Assembly (NCBI GenBank): GCA_045589295.1
Contig: JAZNOU010000015.1
Span: forward strand, 1 to 47,743
Source of the DNA: Clostridia bacterium
Lineage (GTDB): Bacteria > Bacillota > Clostridia > RGIG6154
Length of the DNA stretch: 47,743 nucleotides
Direction of reading: 5' to 3'
The position numbers and the translations under genes were made by a program. Below are positions 40,853-47,743 of the stretch, piece by piece. Positions within the stretch are counted from its first letter, which is position 1; each line of letters begins with the position of its first letter. The notes under the pieces were generated by a model that saw only the letters and a list, made by a program, of their open reading frames with translations, made no database searches and was not told the DNA's origin.

Positions 40853-42354
40853 ATTTTTTTCTTCTCCCTGTATAATTCAAAAAGTGTTTTGAATGCAGAT
40901 TTATCAAATACAAAGTTAACAAGTATATATAGTCCTGCAATCCAAATCGAGTGAATAATTCCGTTTAACAAAAGTTTTAAAAATGACATATTGCTAAACG
41001 TGTCAACAAAAAAGATTATAATAATTACAGCAAAAACTGTCGCATTTAAAAACCATTTTTTGTATGTACACATTTGACTTCTTTTTAAAACCTTTTTGTT
41101 TGCATAATAAATTGTCACAATGCTTCGATACAAAAGTGCAGCAATAGTTCCTGCTATAGCTCCGCAAATTCCAAAATAAAAAATTGCCACAACCGAAACG
41201 GTTATATTAATAACCATCTCCCATATTGCATGTGAGCGTGTTTTTTCAAAACTGCCAGAATACTCAATGATACTGTTGATTGGAATTTTTCCGTTAGCCA
41301 AAATATTCATTACTACAAACAGTAAAACAAGAAACACATTTGTGTAGTTTGCATCGTTTATTCCGCCTGTGTAAATTTGTATTAACGGCAACAAAAATAC
41401 CGCCATTAAAGTATAGATTATATAAGTTGCCATTATATACAGCGTTTCATATACATCAAATACTTTTTCAAACTTATTTCTGTCAGTGTGAAACATCTGC
41501 CCGAGTGCAAAGTTAAACGACGAAACAACGCTTGTTATGAAATTCTGCACCTGCGAAAAAAATATATTATATATTGCATATATACTTACTGCTTTAAAAT
41601 CACACAAAACAGAAATTAAAATTACATCTGTATTGTTAAATACCATTCCCGAAATCTGATGCACAAGAACTGAATTTTTCTGAGATATAGCATAAAAATC
41701 GGGTTCTGTTTTTAAATCAAGCCATTTATATCTCTTTTTTGCGTAAACATACAAATACAAAAGCTGAACAAGTGCAATCGCGCAATAAACGACCTGAATA
41801 AGAATAAGACTGTCTGTTAAGAGCAACACTAAAACTTTCCCTGCATTTGAAGCAAGCTGTAGCACTGTTTCAGAATTATTTATTACATACTTTCTTCCGT
41901 CAACTTCCATAAGTATTCTATATTTAGCCTGAACAAAGTAGCTGAAAAGTGCAGGTATTGCATTTAAAATAACCATAAAAAATAAAATATTGCTATTTAT
42001 CGGCGTAGGAATTACATAAGCATACACCAGTGCAATAACAAGTACAATTGCTGAATATATTATCCCCGTCTTAATGTAATAAGCGTTTGTTGCAGATAAA
42101 ACCGCACTTGCACTTTTGTAATCCTTTTCACCAACTCTTTTGTAAAGCGCCTGAGTTGTTGCAAGACCAACGCCCGCTTCCAAAAGGCACATATATGTAA
42201 AAATCTGTTTAATGGTGGATAAAACACCATTGACTTCCGAACCAAAGTTTTCAAGATACAGTCTTGGCAAAAGGAAACTTAAAGATATTAGCACAACCTG
42301 ATAAACCACAGATGATACCAGATTATTTTTTATTCTTAAATCTCTGTCTGCCAA
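40849..42354 (-). CDS. Polysaccharide flippase (Wzx/MOP family)
   Basis: About 12-14 TM segments, GSEVNG, LLEAGVG; first gene of the cluster; TTG start after GAGGGGG. Confidence 0.85.
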   Translation of the reverse strand: MADRDLRIKNNLVSSVVYQVVLISLSFLLPRLYLENFGSEVNGVLSTIKQIFTYMCLLEAGVGLATTQALYKRVGEKDYKSASAVLSATNAYYIKTGIIYSAIVLVIALVYAYVIPTPINSNILFFMVILNAIPALFSYFVQAKYRILMEVDGRKYVINNSETVLQLASNAGKVLVLLLTDSLILIQVVYCAIALVQLLYLYVYAKKRYKWLDLKTEPDFYAISQKNSVLVHQISGMVFNNTDVILISVLCDFKAVSIYAIYNIFFSQVQNFITSVVSSFNFALGQMFHTDRNKFEKVFDVYETLYIMATYIIYTLMAVFLLPLIQIYTGGINDANYTNVFLVLLFVVMNILANGKIPINSIIEYSGSFEKTRSHAIWEMVINITVSVVAIFYFGICGAIAGTIAALLYRSIVTIYYANKKVLKRSQMCTYKKWFLNATVFAVIIIIFFVDTFSNMSFLKLLLNGIIHSIWIAGLYILVNFVFDKSAFKTLFELYREKKKI

Positions 42355-42369
42355 CTCTTTACCCCCTCA

Positions 42370-42480
42370 AAAAAAACAAAAAAAGCAACCTCAGTTCAAG
42401 TGTCTGAGGTTGTCGTAATTAAACTATAAAGCTTGTATACCTCAGACATTTTTGATAAACTACAGTTTTCGACAGCAATC
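42370..42480 (-). promoter_or_regulatory. Terminator/antiterminator leader of the polysaccharide operon
   Basis: Terminator CAACCTCAG...CTGAGGTTG plus U7; its 5' arm can instead pair 10/10 with upstream TGTCTGAGGT (42448-42439). Confidence 0.7.
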
Positions 42481-42509
42481 ACCAGTTTATCATTTTAATA
42501 TACACTTTA

Positions 42510-42538
42510 ATGATACCACTGTTACCGCCTTTTGTCAA
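42510..42538 (-). promoter_or_regulatory. Sigma-A promoter of the polysaccharide operon
   Basis: TTGACA, 17 nt, TG-G-TATCAT extended -10. Confidence 0.7.
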
Positions 42539-42574
42539 CAAAACAAGCACATATTTCGCTAATGTCAAAGGCTT

Positions 42575-43117
42575 TTATACACAGTTTACAACATATTCTG
42601 AGGTCGCATTTTCTTTTGGGATAATTTTCCCTGGATTTCCTATTACAACACTATGGTCGGGAACGTCAAAATTAACATAGGCAAGCGGTGCAATAAGGAC
42701 GTCATCGCCAATTTTAATATTACCTACAACCACCGCATTTGTCCCAATCCAACAATTGTTGCCGATTTCAGGCACACCCTTTCTTTTCCCTCGGTTTTCT
42801 ATGCCAATTGTGACCCCTGTTCCTATATTAAAATTTTTTCCTATTTTTGCATCAGGATGAATAATAACTCTACCAAGATGCCCGATATAAAATCCTTCCC
42901 CTATAATTGTCCTTGCAGGGATTTGAATTTTAGTCTTTTTCGAAAGATGCATAAGTCTTAGCATATAAAAGATTTTTAATGGCTTAAATTTGCACCCATT
43001 TGCTTTTCTTAATACAGCTATATATTTAAGTTCAAGCGGTCTGAAAACTTTTTTCAAAAATGGCTCTCCCTCTTTCCCATAGTATCTGTATAAATCTTTT
43101 TTAAAAATTCCCTTCAT
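42575..43117 (-). CDS. Serine acetyltransferase-like hexapeptide O-acetyltransferase
   Basis: IGEGFYIGH, IGKNFNIGTGVTIG, PEIGNNCWIG, VVIGNPGK. Confidence 0.9.
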   Translation of the reverse strand: MKGIFKKDLYRYYGKEGEPFLKKVFRPLELKYIAVLRKANGCKFKPLKIFYMLRLMHLSKKTKIQIPARTIIGEGFYIGHLGRVIIHPDAKIGKNFNIGTGVTIGIENRGKRKGVPEIGNNCWIGTNAVVVGNIKIGDDVLIAPLAYVNFDVPDHSVVIGNPGKIIPKENATSEYVVNCV

Positions 43118-43181
43118 AAAAATTCACCTTTTATTAACATATAATTTAAACTTTACACGAGTGAAAAATACCACCAGACTG

Positions 43182-44417
43182 TCACTTTGTTGTTGCGTTT
43201 TTAAAATATTTTTTCATATAAATTATACATAGTATGCCTAACGCAGGAAAAAGACCTGCTACAAGCAAACCTGCTCTCATGCTTATCTGTTCCGTGCCTA
43301 CGTTAAGCTTTTTTGAAATTTCAATAGCAAATTCTGTAAGATTAAATTTATCCGATATAATCCCGAGCAACTGTGGTGCCACCGAGGCTCCCAAATCTCC
43401 TCCGGCAGCCATAAGTGCATAAGCAGACACACCTACATTTTTGAATTTTTCTTCCATATAAATTAAGGCTCCTGGCCATAACATAGATGTAAAAACCCCA
43501 GTCAGAGCACACGCCACAATTCCAACAACAGGACTAAGCGACAAACCTGCAACAACATAGCACACACTTGCACCAATCATACCATAGAGCAAAATATTAG
43601 CTACATTTTTACCGAATTTAGAATATAGTGTTCTGCCTGCACCCAACAATGCTGCAAATAACGCCATACCCATTACATCTCCATAAACTTTCGGAACACC
43701 TATTGCTTTTTCTATGAATCCCGATCCCCATTGAGACATCGTACATTCCGCCGCACCGCCAAGAAAGATGTATAACACACATAATCCAATGCCCTTGTTT
43801 AATATTTTCATATCTTTTGTTACATTGCCAAAGTTGTTCAATGGCGGAAGCGGTGCTTTTAATAACAACATAAATGCCACAAGCGGTATTACAGACCAGA
43901 TTAAAGCTAACCACATCCAGTTTGCGTTTCCGAAACAAGCTAAAAACAATGTGCTTAATATTACTACAGCCACTACTCCCCAGGCATACATGGAATGTAA
44001 CTTACTCATTTCCCGCTCAGCATTTTCACTTGAGATTGCCGAAATAACAGGACTTATCAAAACCTCACTCATCCCCGAACCTACAGAAAAAATTACTGTT
44101 CCTATTAAAATCCACAAAAATGCAAATTGCGGAAACGCTCTCGGTAAAACTGCATATATAATCAAGCCGACAAATGTGATAAGAGGTGTTAATATTACCG
44201 ATTTATGTATATTGAAATGTTTTGTAAAAAAGGTAAATACCAGGTCAACAAGTAGCTGTGTGAAAAAGTTAATTGCCACCAAAAATCCAAGCAATGTAAA
44301 GGAGAGACTATACATATCCTTAAAGGACATGAACAAAAGCGGTGATAAATTTGCTGTTATGGACATTGTTATACCTGTCAGATAGCAAGCAGTTTTTGTG
44401 ATTTTATATTTATCCAA
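43182..44417 (-). CDS. MFS transporter (sugar permease-like)
   Basis: 12 hydrophobic segments, EVLISPV, MSKLHSMYAWG, GGAAE, AAGGDLGA; TTG start at 44417 after GGAGG. Confidence 0.88.
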   Translation of the reverse strand: MDKYKITKTACYLTGITMSITANLSPLLFMSFKDMYSLSFTLLGFLVAINFFTQLLVDLVFTFFTKHFNIHKSVILTPLITFVGLIIYAVLPRAFPQFAFLWILIGTVIFSVGSGMSEVLISPVISAISSENAEREMSKLHSMYAWGVVAVVILSTLFLACFGNANWMWLALIWSVIPLVAFMLLLKAPLPPLNNFGNVTKDMKILNKGIGLCVLYIFLGGAAECTMSQWGSGFIEKAIGVPKVYGDVMGMALFAALLGAGRTLYSKFGKNVANILLYGMIGASVCYVVAGLSLSPVVGIVACALTGVFTSMLWPGALIYMEEKFKNVGVSAYALMAAGGDLGASVAPQLLGIISDKFNLTEFAIEISKKLNVGTEQISMRAGLLVAGLFPALGILCIIYMKKYFKNATTK

Positions 44418-44492
44418 ATTTATTCCTCCGTGTGTGCAATTTATGTTCCACTTACAATTGCGATGCATAAGGTTTAGATGCAAACCTTTTCT

Positions 44493-44525
44493 GCATTGTT
44501 CAACAAAATTCTTACTCGTGTCAAG
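44493..44525. repeat. 33-bp direct repeat, copy 1
   Basis: GCATTGTTCAACAAAATTCTTACTCGTGTCAAG; 29/33 identical to 47433-47465 with 17-bp exact core. Confidence 0.85.
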
Positions 44526-44832
44526 ACCGGCGAACAGTGAATAATAAGAACCATCACGAAATATAACGAAATCAAAGATTTCTATATTTCGGAGAACCTT
44601 GTTATGCTAAAGCATAATATGGACCTACTATTTTTTCTGATTTTTAACTGTTTCTCCTTAACCACTTTTCCTTAGAACCCGCGAGAATACTGGATTTTCT
44701 CGCATCCGATAGTATATGTAAATATTATAAATCGGCAAACTAATGTTTTAAATTGTATGGACTTGACAAAAGCAAAGTGAAACTGAACTTTTGGCATGTA
44801 TCACTTTATCTTTTTAAAACACATAAAAACAT

Positions 44833-45612
44833 CTAGCATTCATTTGTTTCTCCTTTTATTAGTCCTTTATAGTAATGGTAGAACGTCTCATTCTTTGTAT
44901 CATTTTTTGTCATCATTTCAATAAAATTTCGTATTGTATCAACAATATATTTTCTCTCGCTCACCAATTCCTGATTATCAAATACCACATTGTTTGGAAA
45001 AACCATATCATACATATCAAAAATACACGGTATAATGGATATCGTTTGATTTGAAACATAATAAAACCACTTTGAATTTATGTTTTCAATGTTTGTTGTA
45101 GTATAATCTTTTGCAGAAACATTAGAACGAAAAATTGTTTGTGCAAAAATATCTCCATGAGTAAACTTACAAAGAGAGGCATAAATACTATCATAATAAT
45201 TGGGCAATACCTTTTCCATAATATCTTTTATAGATCGACCGCTTTTTCTTAGTATGTATTTACTTAACCCATCTCCATCATTTCTAGAAATATAAAACTT
45301 GTAAACTATTGTAGATTCAATTAGTGTCCTTAATAAAATGGCAGCGTCAGCATAATTGGCTATCTCTAACAATTTATATATGCTTCTTATCTTAAATGGA
45401 ATATCATAAATATAACGTTGAAAAGCATCTTGTATCTTTACTGCATTCAAATCTGAATCATCACAAAGCTCCCCTGTTGAAAACGGTAGTATTAGAAAGT
45501 AGTTATATATATGTCCAACAAATTCTAATTCTTTCCCAAAAGCATCTTTGGTCTTTTTTATTTTTATTTTCTCACTATCAATCAATCTGTCATAATAAAT
45601 CACTATAACCAC
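44833..45612 (-). CDS. Hypothetical alpha-helical protein, DUF5677-like
   Basis: YADAAILLRTLIE and IYASLCKFTHG motifs; very AT-rich; GTG start after AGGGACGTAGGT. Confidence 0.55.
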   Translation of the reverse strand: MVIVIYYDRLIDSEKIKIKKTKDAFGKELEFVGHIYNYFLILPFSTGELCDDSDLNAVKIQDAFQRYIYDIPFKIRSIYKLLEIANYADAAILLRTLIESTIVYKFYISRNDGDGLSKYILRKSGRSIKDIMEKVLPNYYDSIYASLCKFTHGDIFAQTIFRSNVSAKDYTTTNIENINSKWFYYVSNQTISIIPCIFDMYDMVFPNNVVFDNQELVSERKYIVDTIRNFIEMMTKNDTKNETFYHYYKGLIKGETNEC

Positions 45613-45707
45613 CTACGTCCCTTTGTAGATTCAATAATATTTATCCTTTTTCACTAATGTATAGCTTGTATAAATTATTCTATATGATTTTTCACCAATC
45701 AAGATAT

Positions 45708-47381
45708 TTATTTTTGCTTACTTCGCTTTTCTTTTGCACAAATCGGGCACCCGTTTCCATTGTTTCTATTATTTATAGTTGCTTGCCATTCGTGTCCTTT
45801 ATTACACTTCCACCATACTTTTTTATTACTATGAGAAGTTACATCTGCAGGTGTCAAATCAGTGTTTCTTTCATAATTCCATTCTTTTGCTAAAGTCGGA
45901 TTAACTGTCTGCAAATCGTTATCTCCTTTCAAAACTTTTTTACCAGAACAATAAGGGCATCCACGTCCTCTATTTCTATTTGCTATCGATGCTTGCCATT
46001 CGTGCCCTTTTCCACATTTCCACCATACTTTTTTATGGCTATTTGGAGAAAAATGTTCTGGTTTTAAGCTGCCGTTCTTTTCATTATTCCATTCATTTCC
46101 TACTTTTGAATTAGAAAACAAAAGAGAATTTTTCTTTTCTGTGAGCACTCGCAAGTTCTCTATGCCAACTGCATCTCTTTCCATGTCAACATCAACACAA
46201 GCACCAACAATTTCACTTAAAATCATTTCAATTACTTTTGATAAGTCTTTTTGGTTTTCTTGAACAACATAATCTATTGAGCTGTCATTCAACGGAGACA
46301 AACCCTCTCTTATTCTGTATAACTTGATCCCATCTTTTTCGCACTTGTAGTTTTTTTCTAAATCTTTTTTAGTTCTATGCTTGTGCCAATAACATCCGTC
46401 ATATTCAATAGCAATTTTTTTGGACGGAATATAAATGTCCAATTCGTACCCTTTTCCCTTATATGTGTGCAATACCCCCAGCCCGTATTTTTCAAGATAA
46501 TACACGAGTGCATATTCCGGAAAAGAAGTTTTTCGTTCAGAATCACAAACAGGACATCCGTTTCCTTTATTCCTGTTATTTATTGTCGTTTGCCATTCGT
46601 GTCCTTTTTGACATTTCCACCAGACCTTTTTATTACTGTTAGCCATTATGTTCAACGGGGTTAATCCGTTATTTTTTTCATAATTCCATTCTTCTGCTAA
46701 TATTGAATTAACAGTTTGCAAATCATTTTCACCTGTAATGGTGTATCGTTCCGCACAATATGGACATCCATTTCCGTTATTCCTATTTGCTATCGTAGCT
46801 TGCCATTCGTGTCCTTTACTACACTTCCACCATACTTTTTTATTACTATTAGGCATTACTTCATCGGGTGTTAATCCACTATTTCTTTCATAATTCCATT
46901 CTTTTGCTAAAGTTGGATTAACAGTTTCTAAATCATTTTCACCTTTAACAGCATATCGTCCAGAGCAATATGGGCATCCATTCTCGCTGTTTCTGCCGTT
47001 TATCCTCGCTTGCCACTCGTGCCCCTTATTACACTTCCACCATACCTTTTTATTACTATTAGGCATTACTTCATCGGGTGTTAATCCGTCATTTTTTTCA
47101 TAATTCCATTCTTTTGCTAAAGTTGGATTAACAGTTTCTAAATCATTTTCACCTTTAATAGCATATCGTCCAGAGCAATATGGGCAACCCTTGCCTCTGT
47201 TTCTATGGTCTATCACTGCTTGCCACTCATGTCCTTTTGAACATTTCCACCAAACTTTTTTCCCACTACCACACATCAATGCATCTGGAAATAATCCTAA
47301 TTCATTATTCTTTTCCCAGTTCCATTCAGACATAAGTTGAGCATTATCGCTCACATATCTTTTTTCTTTCTTTTCTGCCAT
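45708..47381 (-). CDS. Zinc-ribbon repeat protein (DUF4379-like, six repeats) with central PD-(D/E)xK-like nuclease domain
   Basis: Six WWKCxKGHEW...GCPxC units; central SFPE...ELDIYIPSKKIAIEYDGCYWH...D..K; ATG at 47381 after AAGGAG. Confidence 0.85.
   Translation of the reverse strand: MAEKKEKRYVSDNAQLMSEWNWEKNNELGLFPDALMCGSGKKVWWKCSKGHEWQAVIDHRNRGKGCPYCSGRYAIKGENDLETVNPTLAKEWNYEKNDGLTPDEVMPNSNKKVWWKCNKGHEWQARINGRNSENGCPYCSGRYAVKGENDLETVNPTLAKEWNYERNSGLTPDEVMPNSNKKVWWKCSKGHEWQATIANRNNGNGCPYCAERYTITGENDLQTVNSILAEEWNYEKNNGLTPLNIMANSNKKVWWKCQKGHEWQTTINNRNKGNGCPVCDSERKTSFPEYALVYYLEKYGLGVLHTYKGKGYELDIYIPSKKIAIEYDGCYWHKHRTKKDLEKNYKCEKDGIKLYRIREGLSPLNDSSIDYVVQENQKDLSKVIEMILSEIVGACVDVDMERDAVGIENLRVLTEKKNSLLFSNSKVGNEWNNEKNGSLKPEHFSPNSHKKVWWKCGKGHEWQASIANRNRGRGCPYCSGKKVLKGDNDLQTVNPTLAKEWNYERNTDLTPADVTSHSNKKVWWKCNKGHEWQATINNRNNGNGCPICAKEKRSKQK
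46821..47186. repeat. Near-identical intragenic duplication, 210-bp period
   Basis: 46821-46976 vs 47031-47186: six mismatches in 156 nt by manual comparison. Confidence 0.9.
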
Positions 47382-47432
47382 AATACTCAACTCCTTTTAA
47401 TTTCATTTTTCAACACTATTTGGCACCATTCA

Positions 47433-47465
47433 GCATAATTCGACAAATTTCTTACTCGTGTCAAG
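47433..47465. repeat. 33-bp direct repeat, copy 2
   Basis: GCATAATTCGACAAATTTCTTACTCGTGTCAAG. Confidence 0.85.
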
Positions 47466-47578
47466 TCAGGATAAAAACATTCTTCATATTATGTATATGA
47501 TATCACAAAAAAGGCAAAAAGGCAAATAAATACAGAAAAAGCTAAGGGTATGCCTTGGTTTTAAGCGCAATTATTCAT

Positions 47579-47612
47579 AAAAAAAGAACCCATCTTGTGA
47601 TGAGTTCTTTTT
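47579..47612 (-). terminator. rRNA operon terminator
   Basis: AAAAAGAACCCATC-TTGT-GATGAGTTCTTTTT hairpin right after the 5S 3' end; second weaker hairpin near 47538-47562. Confidence 0.82.
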
Positions 47613-47614
47613 GT

Positions 47615-47730
47615 TTCGGCGACGTCTTAGTTTCCCGGGCCGTCTCCAGCCAAGTATCTTCAGCGCTAGGGAGCTTAACCGTCGTGTTCGGAATGGGTAC
47701 GGGTGGACCCTCCCTGCTATTATCACCGAA
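47615..47730 (-). rRNA. rrf: 5S ribosomal RNA
   Basis: Minus strand TTCGGTGATAATAGC...CACCCGTACCCATTCCGAACACGACGGTTAAGC...GTCGCCGAA, 116 nt with paired ends. Confidence 0.97.
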
Positions 47731-47743
47731 TTACCAAATAATA

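Noticed and set aside
44526-44830. Intergenic stretch with small hairpins (GCGAGAA/TTCTCGC, TTATGCT/AGCATAA) as ncRNA or MITE
   Set aside because: Stems are short, with no second copy, terminal repeats or recognisable family in this window.
46561-47260. Regularly spaced repeats as a CRISPR array
   Set aside because: The 210-bp period is in frame within a protein-coding gene; no short repeat/unique spacer pattern and no cas genes.
47473-47500. dif/Xer-like site (ATTATGTATA)
   Set aside because: Only a partial XerD-like arm, with no matching XerC arm at 6-bp spacing.

Overview
AT-rich Clostridia-type (Bacillota) chromosomal window, almost all genes on the minus strand, ending in a 5S rRNA gene. 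Left half (1-26.6 kb) is mostly housekeeping: ctsR and a truncated Clp ATPase, gpsA-plsY-der-DUF512, rpmF-DUF177, ackA-pta, a phosphohexomutase, rml genes split by gdhA-nfnAB, mgtE, a Na/Pi symporter, dus, uraA-upp. 26.0-43.1 kb is a tightly packed Wzx/Wzy-type polysaccharide locus and the most unusual part. It has no BY-kinase or PHP phosphatase. Instead it carries two paralogous copolymerase-like membrane proteins (one fused to a degenerate GGDEF domain), an apparently active EAL phosphodiesterase, and a membrane metallophosphoesterase, all behind a terminator/antiterminator leader. Between this locus and the rRNA lies an accessory block delimited by a repeated TTGACACGAGT-type site, with an MFS transporter, a DUF5677-like protein and a six-repeat zinc-ribbon protein with a central nuclease domain. 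Other points are a leader-peptide/attenuator upstream of mgtE, an McsA-like zinc finger fused to ClpC, and a ClpC-to-ClpB switch at the window edge. All family calls come from motif recognition by eye; no database search was run.
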